Assembly: GCA_965153455.1 (NCBI GenBank)
Contig: OZ234493.1
Location: 16,606,213 to 16,670,212 of the forward strand
Source of the DNA: Sphagnum compactum
Taxonomy: Eukaryota
DNA length: 64,000 bases
Direction: 5' to 3'
Under the pieces are notes generated by a model. The model saw only the letters and a list, made by a program, of their open reading frames with translations. It had not been told where the DNA came from and ran no database searches. Below, piece by piece: positions 42,559 through 56,159 of this stretch (within the stretch, counting starts at the first letter, position 1; every line of letters starts with the position of its first letter). A program made the position numbers and the translations under genes.

Positions 42559-43191
42559 ACAATAAAACAGATAATTAGTTTGTAAGTAGATGATTTATAC
42601 ATAGGTAAGGGATGTTTTTTAAAAAACTAATTGAACTAACTACCATCATCAGTAAGGGAACTGGAACCCAACAGAAAATTGTTTCCACAGCATTTACATT
42701 CATTTTGCATGGTGCACTGGTGGGTGCTGGTTCACTAGGATTCCGAGAAACTTTGATATGGCTACCCAACTGACATAAACCCCAGGTCTATGCCAAGAGC
42801 ACCAAGAAAAAAAAGTTTTCCGTTCAATATTCAATTGGTGGCAAATTGGCCAATTTCAACACTTTTGTCTATTGCTAGTGAACATCTGGCCGCAGCAGAT
42901 TCAACGTTTGGCTTTCAAAGCAACTAAACATTCTAGGAAATTTCCATGTAGAGGAACTTTGAACTAGGTGCCAGCAAAATGCAAACACTTTGCAATATCT
43001 CTCTACTTTTACTTATGTACCTACCTAAGTTAAATATTGTAATTTATCATAGTTCTTTTGCATTTGGCATATACTAGACTTGGCAAGTTTTGTTGTTTTC
43101 AATTGATATTGAAGATACTAAGCCATGTTTGTCTGTGTTTGTGCTTGAAGTGGTCAATAGTAGGTAGTCTTTCAAAGTTTTGCTCCTAGTG

Positions 43192-46100
43192 ATGGCTGGC
43201 TCCTAGTTCATAGCGGCAACTCATGTTGGTCATTCTCATTTTATTGTTCTAATGTTTGTTTTGATTATTATAATCCAACTGTTCATGGGTGTTCTATCTC
43301 AAATGGTAAACTACAAGGGCCGAACTAATCCTGCAAATGGTGTGTTCTATTAATCAAATTCTGAATTTGTTTGCAGTTCCAAATAATGAAATGGTCTCTT
43401 GGCTTTGAAATTTTGATTTTTTCATAAAGTTTCCTACTTCATTTGTTTTGGTAATGTTTAGTTAGATTTTCCCCTAAAGGTTGTACTGATTTATATTGCA
43501 ATTATACCTTTGATTTGCATGTATAGTAGTGGCATTAAAACAACTTTATGTTGAGTGGAACGAAACATATGATCTTCAAGGCACAGTTCATGGCTAGCAT
43601 GCAATCACTATTCAAAATGATGTTGATCCTTGCTGCAACGAAACCTAGTTTGGGCTGTTGTGTGATTTAAGCGCATGCCCAACCTATAAAGTTATTGGTT
43701 TGTGGGTTTTATATCACTTACCCTCTTGACAAGCTTTCAAAGCTTTCATAACTCTCTATTATATACACAACTTGAGTTCTCAAGCTACAAATGATGATGT
43801 TCCTACAAGAAGTCTAGTGATAATTCCAATGGAAACTATGATGTGGAGGTTAATGTTTAGTGCACTTGTTGTAGAAGATTTGTTTGAAAGTAGAATTAAC
43901 TTTAGCTTTGAAACACACAAGCCAAGTGGGAAACATTTGAGTCTTACCAGGAGTTCATAGGACTGGATCTTCAAGGCCAATTGGCTTAGGCTATTGGAAA
44001 CCTCACCAATATTTAATTCTTGTAAGTAACCTTTGTATATAAGGGTTCGAGCATGATTGGGGTGCCACATTTGAGTCTTAAGAACTCATTCCAAGGACTC
44101 TCAAATTCACCTTTTTCTTTTCTTTTTTCATGCCAAATGAAATAATTTTGCTCCAAATTTTATAGAAGCCTCTAAAGTTTTTTTTTATAAACTTATGATA
44201 GTGAAAATAATAAAATTTATCCAATTTGGGCCATGTTCTATCAATGGCCCAAAATTCCCAGAGATTTCCCTTATTTAAACTTTTTACATTACAATAGGGC
44301 ATTTGGTTTTTATCACATTCATACATTTTATACACATTAGCACATAAAATGTTTGTGTTAAAAATCTTGGGCCAAAAAAAGTTGTTTAGACATTCCTTAT
44401 GAGTCCTTGAATTTTTTTTCCTCATGAAAGAAAGTCTTGGAATTTTTTCAAGGATTTGATAAAAATCTTTATACTTATTTAAATTTGACATTTTATGGAT
44501 AGAATAATTCTTTTGTAATGTATCTATTTATGAATAAAATCAAACTTTTGATATGAATGTATTACCAAGTTTCAACAACATATTTAAGTGAAGGGGTCTA
44601 AGGAATATAAAATGAGACAATCCTTTTGGGTACCCCAACCATGCTTTGACCCATAAAACTTATTTTTCACAATGGTAGGTATAGGAGAAGGGTATATTTT
44701 TAAACTAAAGGTGTTTTCCATAACTTCAAAAGCACTTCTAGTAGGGATCTTTCATGAAGTGGAAAGCCTTGTGCTACATAAACATCCTAAAAATACAATA
44801 AAAATAATTATTTTTCTTTACATTTTTTCTATGTTTCTTTAAATGGGCATAACATGGGTACAACATTGATTTTTATGCTTGAATGATTCAACATTTTTTT
44901 TGGATTAGCCAATCAACAATAGGTACCTTAATGTGAAGATGCACTTGACATGCAAAACATTAATCTAGTAATATAATTTGCTGCAACATATTAAAGCAAA
45001 AACCAAATAAACATGGGATCTCTCCGATGTTAGTTTTAAGGTGTTTATTGTTGGATTTGCAGAACCATAAGTGGCAAACCAAGACTCTTTGAAAATCTTC
45101 CAGATGAAATTTCAAACCTCCATAACTTGTTGAAACTACAAAAATTAATAATTTTAGGAATGTTTTTGGTCATTTTCTAACTAGAATAGGTTTTCAGCAA
45201 TTTGCTTGTGAATGGGATCCACTATTAAATCAATATATATGCAAGGGAGTCAACATTCATAGCCAAATAAAATCATTTTTGCCGAAATATTGATATTAAC
45301 ATTGAATACATTTAGGAATGATTTTTGAAAAAATTGAAAGTGCCAAAATTAGTGTGTTCAAAGTGTATACTTGCTCAAATTAAAGTGTAAAGATAAGTTT
45401 GGAGTATGAGAAAATAATTTTTTTCACAAAACCATCAATCTATGACAATTTATGAAAATTTATAAATTATCAATAACATTGCATTGCCGCATGACTATCA
45501 TGCAATATTTCCATGTTATGCATTAGAATTTCATCTATGTTTAAGGTTTATGAATGAAAAAGTGACATAATTTGGGGCATTATAAGATGTAGACATCTTG
45601 AAAACAAATTGAACACACATGATGAATGTTTTCCACAACCTCACACTCATGAAAATAATGGGATGAAATTTGGGGTGGTTATTTATGGCAGGGATTTCCA
45701 TGGTAGCAATTTTATTGGACGTATACCAAATTTGCAAATGGAGTTTTTACAACATTTGTAAGCTACTAGGCATCCAAACTTTGTTAACTTGCTTTCAAAA
45801 ATTTGAAATTTGGGCACATGTTATGATTTGTTGATGTCATCTAGATTCCATATCTAAGTTTGAAACGATATTGTTATCATATGAATTTTGATGAAAGTAA
45901 TTCAATTGGGGGGCATTTGGAATCAATTTATGTTGTGGAATTATAGAGATTTGAATGGGAATGCATTAAATGGGCAAATAGCAAACACTTTCAATTCAAT
46001 CTTTGGAAAACAAAATAAAAAACTCTTGTTGTTGCAAATATTGGACTTGTCTTCAAATCAATTGATTGGCATCATGCTTAAAATGCCACTTGCCACTTGA

Positions 46101-47492
46101 CTCAATTGTAAGTGATTGAACAACCTTAGAACTTCAATAGCTAGTTGAAGCTCTTTTTTTGTTTATAATAAACTATAGTATCTATATGCAAGTTAAGAAA
46201 AACACATAAAAAAATCTTTGATACATAAAGTCCTTGATGTTTTGTCCATACCCTAAACTTTAAATTCAATTTGTAAATGTTTTAAGACTTATCTACACAT
46301 GAGGAAATTTTGTTTGCCCACCTTAGTTTGGGTGCAATCATATGTACTTAAAATAACAACATTAAAAGGATGTTTGGTCATTTTGCATAATGGACATCGA
46401 GGTGTTTCTCAACTTGTGGTGGAATTTTGAATATTGTGACGTTTTCATCAATGTTCATGTTGATGTTGTATTTTAACTAGATTGTATAAATGATTAAGTA
46501 AGGGTAGACAACTAACAAAGACATGCAAAGAATGTTATTATTGAATATATAAATAAGAAGCTTTAGAAGAGGTGGTTATTTGGAAACATAAATGTTTGAA
46601 TAATTCCTAAACAAGGACTAGGGAAACCTCTATGAAATTCGTAAAATAGCCAATCCCACAAATGTTGATTGTAGAAACATTAACCATAATCAACTTGATG
46701 GAACTCTTGATGCCTTTTTTGGATCATTGATCAACATTTATGGAATCACCAACTTGGACATTTCATACAACAAATTTTCAAGGAATGTTTCAAGTTTATT
46801 CCATAACCGTTGTGAGTAAACAAAAACCTTTCATTGAAGTGGTTGCATCATGTTTTCTTTTCACCTTTAATGTAACATTGGAAATTTTGATCGTATTATA
46901 TATGCAATGATGGGACTCATAGTAATTGCTCTTCTAGTAGTGGTTATTAAAAATATTTGCTATATTTGATATCAATATATTCATTTGGACAAATTATTCC
47001 AACTCAGAATACTAATCTAGGGCATAATTAAAGTTATCATACATTTGAAACAACTTGAAAATTTCAATCTTGAGCCCTTTTTTTTAAATATGTCAAGTGG
47101 GAATATTTAACCTCTTTAAAAACTTATTATAATATATGGTGTATGATGAATAATCTTAATATCATAATGAGAAATCAAGAATTCATTGGGGGAAATTTCA
47201 ATTTATTTTCCAAGAAAGGTTATAATAAAATAATTCATTAATAATTTACAAATCATGGAAAGTATTGAGAATCTCATTAAAATGGATTGTAAAATGGATT
47301 TGTCTCGATTGAACTTAAATCTACAACTAATCGGATGGATTAAGCTATAAAAAGATATTGAAACAAACTTTTGGTTGCATGGTTCTCTTTGAATATTCCT
47401 TTGTTTTGTAAGTTGATGAACAATAATAACTTCAATGGTGATTTTCTTAATGTACCATCAACACTTCAAATTTTGGACATATCTAAAAATAA
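43192..47492 (+). pseudogene. 5' part of an LRR receptor-like kinase/protein pseudogene (signal peptide, LRRNT cap, LRR exons), truncated by the makorin duplication
   Basis: Exon 43192-43339: hydrophobic MFVLIIIIQLFMGVLS...RTNPAN. Exon 43527-43701: VALKQLYVEW...G*...DPCCNET*FGLLC...VIGL, with TAG at both cap-Trp positions (43595, 43646). Exon 45063-45137: ISGKPRLFENLPDEISNLHNLLKL. Exon 45947-46107: DLNGNALNGQI...LQILDLSSNQLIG. Exon 46675-46811: NINHNQLDGTL...LDISYNKFS. Exon ~47413-47492: [10 protein letters not shown]...LQILDISKN. Confidence 0.82.
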
Positions 47493-49679
47493 ATGCACAT
47501 TTTATCAGCGTGGCCTTTCTTCTTATGGCAGTCGCTGCAGGTATGTGCATGTAAAACTGTCCCGTCCAGTGTCAAATAATCCTCTCCCTCCCCTACCAAG
47601 ACCTTCAGTGGTAGCTCTTAACTCATCTCCAGACACAAGTAGGGCAGAAGAGAGCTCAAGCAATACCCCTACACAAAGTGCCTGGCAACTCACAGAAGGC
47701 AAGGCTAATTTGGGTCCCCGATTTCTGGAAGAAGATGATGAAAAGGATGTTGAAGAGATTGAAATGCCAACGTCCAACGACCCCAGTGAGATCCCAATCT
47801 GCGCGTCTGCAGCTGCTGGCATATGCCCTCGGGGTGATAACTGCCCGCAGATTCATGGTGACTTCTCCCCAACTTGTGGGAAGCATTGTTTGCATCCCTT
47901 TCGTCCATGAGAATGTGATAACCACAGGCAGCAGTGTGAACGTAACCAGAAGAAGCTTGAGGCACTTCGCAAGAGCCAAGATATTGAAGGCAGTGTCTGT
48001 CTGGAACGGGTGCTTTCAAAGCCAACAGTTGCTGAGCGGAAATTTGGATTAATGTCAGGTCATCCATTTTGTGTTGGCTGTATACGGGGTTGGCGGAGTG
48101 GTTCTCATGCACCAGGGATGGACATTGATACTGTTGTGCGGGCCTGCCCAGTTTGTCGAGTAACTTCACATTTTATAGTCCCAAGTGTTGTTTGGTACTC
48201 AAGTTCTGAAGTAAAGGAGGATATAATCAACGGCTATAAGAACAAGCTCAGGTGTGTGCATGAGACCTAAAGCTGTTTGTTCTATTTGATGTGCCTCTCA
48301 CAACTGGAGGTTTTATTACCCATCTGACATACTACTTGACAGATGGTGACCTGATACATAATTGTCCTTTAAGGTTATACTCACCCTATTATGGACCTGT
48401 CTAATGACCAGCCAGCTGGTTGGATTTTGACTTGCAAGATTGGCGCTGCCATTCTGGTAGGCTTGTCATGTGGCTGCACCCAGCTGTGACCATCAGTCTT
48501 TTATCTGGTCGGGTGCCTGATTTGTCAATATTTGTGTATATAGATTGTGCTCTGATTTGTCATAGGTGGGTGGTGTGTTGCACATTAAATGACTGGTGTA
48601 CGACCTCCTTTTCCATCCCTTCAACAATTCAAGCAATCAAGGAGATCAAGTGGACATGGAGGCATAAGGGGTGACCCCAAAGTCCTTATTGGTCTCTAGG
48701 TGTTTGCATTCTTATGTGAGAACATATAGAATGCTTTACCTTACCTCCTGATCCACAGACGTGTAAAAATACACGCACAATGTTTTTTGTAATTGAATGT
48801 TAGCGGTGTATTTGTGTGTGCGGTGATGTTGATTGTAAGTATTTTGACTATGGAAATGGAACATGTCCCTTTGGAACTAGCTGCTTCTACAAGGTAAGGA
48901 AACCAGCTTTTTTTGTTCTCTGTCCTCTGTGCAACTCAAATTGTCATGTCAGAGTGTAGCTGACCCCCATGTGACCATGTTGTCTTAACACATTTGACAA
49001 TTCCGGTTGGCATCAGATGCTCCTGCTCAGGATTTTGCATATTTAGCTGGTTTCATATGTTGAATTTCCTTCATCTGCAGCATATGTTTAGCGATGGAAG
49101 TAGGGAGGAGGTGAAGTTACGGCACCTTGGTGCTGCTGATGGGAACACTGTCATTGCCAAAAATGTTCGGTAAGCTTTTCAGGCTCCCCTTGCTGAAAGG
49201 TTTTCTCCTTTGTTTTTGACCGATCCTTAGGAGCTTTGTAGTTTTCATGAAATTATTAACATCTTTGGTCAGGATGTAAGATGACCAAAGATGTTCAAGA
49301 TCCATACATCATTTTAAGCTCAAGACTACCCTGCCGTGATTTTTTGTGGCTTCCTGACTGCAATTGTCCATGTCCTTTGATATCAGACCTTAAATGTGTT
49401 GCTGGCTGGTCAAGGGAGAAATTATTCTGGCAGATAAAGGGTTTGAGTGTTGCAACTTCTGAAAGCTTCTGCCCTCTCTAATGTTGGAGAAGGATTTCAT
49501 TCTATTCTGCATTTTGAACGTTATGTGCCACTTGTTGTAATGGTTTGCAGTTTTTGAATCCAATGTTGTTTTGATTTTCTCTTGATATGGACAGGTTATC
49601 GGACTTCCTGGACTGATTGGTTAATGCCAGGTGAACTGGATGGATGAGAATGCAAGCGGGAACCAACATGGAGACTTAG
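47493..49679 (+). pseudogene. MKRN: Makorin pseudogene, copy 2 (5'-truncated, fused in frame to an LRR exon)
   Basis: Begins at CTFYQRG with no acceptor of its own. Carries the same TGA (47908-47910), RING lesions and GG acceptor as copy 1. Additional Cys>Ser in the CCCH finger and a TGA at 49614-49616. Confidence 0.9.
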
Positions 49680-50141
49680 CTTGCCAAAAATACTAATATG
49701 ACAGGAAGGACCAAGTATTTAAGGGCTCTTGACACAAGGACTGCACACAACATGTGCATTCATAATCTGTAAGCTTTTACTTTGCCCCAGCAATTCTACC
49801 TGCACTCAAACGGGTTGCCTGACTGATCTATGGGGTAGTAAAGATTCATACCCTGTTGTCCAGATATCATGATCTGGGCAGAGATGGTAGTTGTGTTATC
49901 AAATAAGTTCCAGGGTTGTCTGACTGATCAATGGGGTAATTGGATTGTTATATATACTTCCCTACACCCACTATTGGGAGCTGACGAAGTGAGTAGGGTG
50001 TTGTGGCAGCTAGTCATTGCTATTCATAGTGAAGTTGATTGTCTGATACTTTGCAAGTGACACTTGTCATGTTATGACCATACTGAATTTCATCATCTGA
50101 GTTTTGCTTGTACTAGAATTGACCCAATGGTTACACCTTCA
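47493..50141 (+). repeat. Partial duplicate of 21317-23965, in tandem with block B
   Basis: Homology ends at ...CCTTCA (50141) and restarts immediately as AGATTATGCTCAC (=21198), with a 1-bp overlap at the junction. Confidence 0.95.
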
Positions 50142-50257
50142 GATTATGCTCACAGCTTTCAGTTTGCGCATGACTTTGTTTTTCCCCTCAATTAGAACAT
50201 TGTTTTCTCAGTGTTCCTGTCATGTGTGTGTAGTGATTGTTGTATGATCATGTGCAG

Positions 50258-52445
50258 GTATGCACATTTTATCAGCGTGGCCTTTGTTCTTATGGCAGTC
50301 GTTGCAGGTATGAGCATGTAAAACTGTCCCGTCCAGTGTCAAATAATCCTCTCCCTCCCCTACCAAGACCTTCAGTGGTAACTCTTACCTCATCTCCAGA
50401 CACAAGTAGGGCAGAAGAGAGCTCAAGCAATACCCCTACACAAAGTGCCTGGCAACTCACAGAAGGCAAGGCTAATTTGGGTCCCCGATTTCTGGAAGAA
50501 GATGATGAAAAGGATGTTGAAGAGATTGAAATGCCAACGTCCAACGACCCCAGTGAGACCCCAATCTGCGCGTTTGCAGCTGCTGGCATATGCCCTCGGG
50601 GTGATAACTGCCCGCAGATTCATGGTGACTTCTCCCCAACTTGTGGGAAGCATTGTTTGCATCCCTTTCGTCCATGAGAATGTGATAACCACAGGCAGCA
50701 GTGTGAACGTAACCAGAAGAAGCTTGAGGCACTTCGCAAGAGCCAAGATATTGAAGGCAGTGTCTGTCTGGAACGGGTGCTTTCAAAAACAACAGTTGCT
50801 GAGCGGAAATTTGGATTAATGTCAGGTCATCCATTTCGTGTTGGCTGTATACGGGGTTGGCGGAGTGGTTCTCATGCACCAGGGATGGACATTGATACTG
50901 TTGTGCGGGCCTGCCCAGTTTGTCGAGTAACTTCACATTTTATAGTCCCAAGTGTTGTTTGGTACTCAAGTTCTGAAGTAAAGGAGGATATAATCAACGG
51001 CTATAAGAACAAGCTCAGGTGTGTGCATGAGACCTAAAGCTGTTTGTTCTATTTGATGTGCCTCTCACAACTTGAGGTTTTATTACCCATCTGACATACT
51101 ACTTGACAGATGGTGACCTGATACATAATTGTCCTTTAAGATTATACTCACCCTATTATGGACCTGTCTAATGACCAGCCAGCTGGTTGGATTTTGACTT
51201 GCAAGATTGGCGCAGCCATTCTGGTAGGCTTGTCTTGTGGCTGCACCCAGCTGTGACCATCAGTCTTTTATCTGGTCGGGTGCCTGATTTGTCAATATTT
51301 GTGTATATAGATTGTGCTCTGATTTGTCATAGGTGGGTGGTGTGTTGCACATTAAATGACTGGAATACGACCTCCTTTTCCATCCCTTCAACAATTCAAG
51401 CAAACAAGGAGATCAAGTGGACATGGAGGCATAAGGGGTGACCCCAAAGTCCTTATTGGTCTCTAGGTGTTTGCATTCTTATGTGAGAACATATAGAATG
51501 CTTTACCTTACCTCCTGATCCACAGACGTGTAAAAATACACGCACAATTTTTTTGTAATTGAATGTTAGCGGTGTATTTGTGTGTGCGGTGATGTTGATT
51601 GTAAGTATTTTGACTATGGAAATGGAACATGTCCCTTTGGAACTAGCTGCTTCTACAAGGTAAGGAAACCAGCTTTTTTTGTTCTCTGTCCTCTGTGCAA
51701 CTCAAATTGTCATGTCAGAGTGTAGCTGACCCCCATGTGACCATGTTGTCTTAACACATTTGACAATTCCGGTTGGCATCAGATGCTCCTGCTCAGGATT
51801 TTGCATATTTAGCCGGTTTCATATGTTGAATTTCCTTCATCTGCAGCATATGTTTAGAGATGGAAGTAGGGAGGAGGTGAAGTTACGGCACCTTGGTGCT
51901 GCTGATGGGAACACTGTCATTGCCAAAAATGCTCGGTAAGCTTTTCAGGCTCCCATTGCTGAAAGGTTTTCTCCTTTGTTTTTGACCGATCCTTAGGAGC
52001 TTTGTGGTTTTCATGAAATTATTAACATCTTTGGTCAGGATGTAAGATGACCAAAGATGTTCAAGATGCATACATCATTTTAAGCTCAAGACTACCCTGC
52101 CGTGATTTTTTGTGGCTTCCTGACTGCAATTGTCCATGTCCTTTGATATCAGACCTTAAATGTGTTGCTGGCAGGTCAAGGGAGAAATTATTCTGGAAGA
52201 TAAAGGGTTTGAGTGTTGCAACTTCTGAAAGCTTCTGTCCTCTCTAATGCTGGAGAAGGATTTCATTCTATTCTGCATTTTGAACGTTATGTGCCACTTG
52301 TTGTAATGGTTTGCAGTTTTTGAATCCAATGTTGTTTTGATTTTCTCTTGATATGGACAGGTTATCGGACTTCCTGGACAGATTGGTTAATGCCAGGGGA
52401 ACTGGATGGATGAGAATGCAAGCGGGAACCAACATGGAGACTTAG
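50258..52445 (+). pseudogene. MKRN: Makorin pseudogene, copy 3 (lacks first zinc-finger exon)
   Basis: Exon 50258-51018 carries the TGA at 50675-50677, the shared RING lesions and an extra HPFC>HPFR. Downstream exons are as in copy 1; terminal TAG at 52443-52445. Confidence 0.9.
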
Positions 52446-55400
52446 CTTGCCAAAAATACTAATATGACAGGAAGGACCAAGTCTTTAAGGGCTCTTGACA
52501 CAAAGGACTGCACACAACATGTGCATTCATAATCTGTAAGCTTTTACTTTGCCCCAGCAATTCTACCCGCACTCAAACGGGTTGCCTGACTGATCTATGG
52601 GGTAGTAAAGATTCATACCCTGTTGTCCAGATATCATGATCTGTGCAGAGATGGTAGTTGTGTTATCAAGTAAGTTCCAGGGTTGTCTGACTGATCAATG
52701 GGGTAATTGGATTGTTATATATACTTCCCTACACCCACTATTGGGAGCTGATGAAGTGAGTAGGGTGTTGTGGCAGCTAGTCATTGCTATTCATAGTGAA
52801 ATTGATTGTCTGATACTTTGCAAGTGACACTTGTCATGTTATGACCATACTGAATTTCATCATCTGAGTTTTGCTTGTACTAGAATTGACCCAATGGTTA
52901 GGCCTTCACAGTGTTGCTGTGGAGTTTTCTTTGCATTCTCATAGAGATGTCATCTTCCTACTGATAAGAACATATTGCTGGCTCATGTTGATAATGGCTC
53001 ACCTCTAGCAGTTGGTCAGCCTTCACTTGGACGGATAGTCTTTGAATTCATCTGAAATCATCCTGGTGATATTTGCTTGTTTTAGATATGATCTGAGGAT
53101 GTGAATTTGCGAACAAGGAGGGGAGAATATTAAAGGCCTCGGAAGTACTTTGTTTGCAACTACCAAAGAACTTGAATAGACAGTGAGATGTGCAGTTGAC
53201 ATTGACATTTAAGGTGTGTTGTATTCAATGTATTCATTGAACTTTTGTTGTCTAATCCACCTGAAATGTCAGGTGTCAGTATACTATCTGAGCTATTACA
53301 GTAAAAAAACTCTTCAAATCTGTGTCAGCTTCTCTGCAATGAAAATGCCAGTGTGCATTGCACCTTCAAAAGTTAGTTTCTTGGATGGAGCACATTCTTT
53401 TCTGTCTTCAGAAGAATGGAATGCTAGTAGTATGAGATGTTTTATGACCTCGTCATTTGATTCATTGCTAGGATATCGGACTCAGAAGTTTGGTTCTACT
53501 GAATTTAGAAGCACACTTCTTGTGTCAGCATGGACATCTAAAATTATTTTACAGGATCTTCAACCTTGCAGGCCTTAGCAAGATTGCGTAATTCTTAGGG
53601 TGTTGAAACACAGTTGGATGACTCATACACCCAGTACCTCGTGACCCCAACTCCATTAGAACAAGGTTGGCTACAATGTTCAAACATCCAGAATGACAAT
53701 TGTACAATGGTGAATTTGGGTATTTTTCTAAGTATTGTGAAGCCATCTCCACCAAGATAGAATATCGCTTGCACTATTTGTGGATTTATGTCCCAATTCA
53801 CCTATCCCACCAAATCTGGTCCAACCTCTAAAGCCCAAGATTGGAATGGGTGAAAATCTCTCTTTTGCCTCCAAATTGTAACTCAATTCAAGATTAGCCA
53901 CCATGGCCATGGAATTGGAATTCATGAAATCACATTGCCCTTAATGAGCATCCATGGCATCAACAACTTTAGTTGTTTTGGACATGGTTCACATATGCCC
54001 TTATTTCAAGGGAAAAACATTTTTTTGTTAAAGAAGAATGCCAACTTTGTTGCAAGTTCCTTCACAATAACATGAGGGATTGACAAAGAAGCAACACATT
54101 CTAGGATGGGGTGTGATCACTACAAGTTAAAAGAACATATTTGTTCAGCTGCAACACCTACTTTCCCAGAAGGAAGTGACGAATGTTAAAACATGACATT
54201 GCAAAGTTTTATGGTTATGTGGTTGTGTTGAATGAATCTATGAACTAATTTGAAAAAGATACTCTACATAAAGTGGTGGACATTCTCCAAGCTTGGTGAT
54301 TTAATGAAAATCTTTAGTTGTTGTCTTTAGAATGTTATAGGAATATAGTGTAGGTTGCACTTCTCTATTCAAGAACTTTGCAAAATAATGACTTGTAAAC
54401 TTAATACACATCACAAATTGTCAATAACTATATTACAAATTATACAAAATGTTTTGTAAATTCAAGGTTGTGATAATTACTCATACAAATATTTTTCTAA
54501 AACATATTTTAGCCACAACTCTAATTCAAGATTTATGTTCTAAGCTTTCAATCTAATATGCACAAATGAAAACTTTTGGATTTAGAAGTTGGCTTACCAT
54601 ATTGGATTTCACATAAAATTTATCATATTTGCATGATATCTCCAAAATGTGATTGCAAATATGATACTTCCCACAATCACAAAAAAGGGAAGTATTGTTG
54701 ATAGTGTCAATTTTAACATCTAGTCATTTGTTCGGGGGGGGGAAGAGGGGGGGTTCCCTAAATAAATTGATGATACCTTGTTACCACGTATAGTTGGACA
54801 TTCATATTGAATCTTTTGATAACCTTGTTAACATGTTTGTGTTGTAACATATGTACATATATAAATTATAATAACTTCAACATAAACTTAGTAATATTTC
54901 AAATCTAGTTGAAGAATTGTGGATAAGTTGTATGCTTGATGTAAACTTTTTGAAAACCCATTTACATATAACATTATTCTAGTGATGTAGGAATTGATTA
55001 TATGGGGTTCTTTGCAAAAGGTTTTGTATGTCACTTTTACATGACCATTCTAGTCGTATGGTCGTCCTTGGAACCATTCCAAAGACAATTTCGAAATAAC
55101 TACCTCATTTTCAAGCTTAACTACTTCATACCTACTTTCTTTCCTATTAACTTTCATAATCAACATTTCTCACCTTTCCTAATAACTACTTCTATTTTAT
55201 AACTACCTCACTCCTTTTTCCTATCCACCAACATGGATTTTCAAATAAAATTAACATGTGTCTTTTCATGTCCATGAATTTTAGATTAATTTAAATTAAA
55301 TTTGATATTGACATAAATACATGAAAACATTTATTTTAAAAATAGTTGAATGTCACTAGTAGTGTGCAATAACGTGGAAGTCAAATGTAATACATATGAT

Positions 55401-56159
55401 TAGTTATTGTAAAAATTTGAGACAATGGTTACAACATGGATTCCTTTCAAATCTATGAATAATATGACTATCATTCCGAGTTTTAGTAATCTTCAAACCC
55501 ATAATTAAAAAATTATTAATTTCCAAGAAAATTGTTTCTAATGTCATGAAATTTAATGTAAATTTCCATGCAATACAATCTATTCAAATAGTTGCACATT
55601 ACAAACATTTCAAAGTATAACCTTTTTTTTAAAAATTGTTTACAAATATGTATGTGACCTTGGATGCAAGTAAGAATGGATACTTACAAAACTAATGAAT
55701 AGGTGCCATTTTCCCAAGGCGAGATGTATTTAGTTATATTATTATCCACAACATATATTCCCCCCCCCCCCAAATGTGGTGTGTTTATGTTTGTCACATT
55801 GAAGATTCCATTAAAGTTGCTTTGATCAATTGCATCCATAATTTTGAATAAATGATATTTCAAATTCCATGTGCCAAAACATGAACTATTGTAGCATTGA
55901 AATGGAAGTACTCTAAATCCCATAAAAATTCTAAAAGATCTATGAAAAGTAATTGTGATAAGCGAATGATTAAGAAGGCCAAATCCTAGTAACAACAATT
56001 GTGTTGAATGACAACATATATTATAAAGAATTGTGAAGCTTTGAGTTTATGGACCTACTGGAATACCTTTCCACATTTACAAAAAGGATAAATTAATTAA
56101 ATGGACAAATGTTACATTAAATATACATGTTGAATTTAGTCATATAATGAATATACAAA

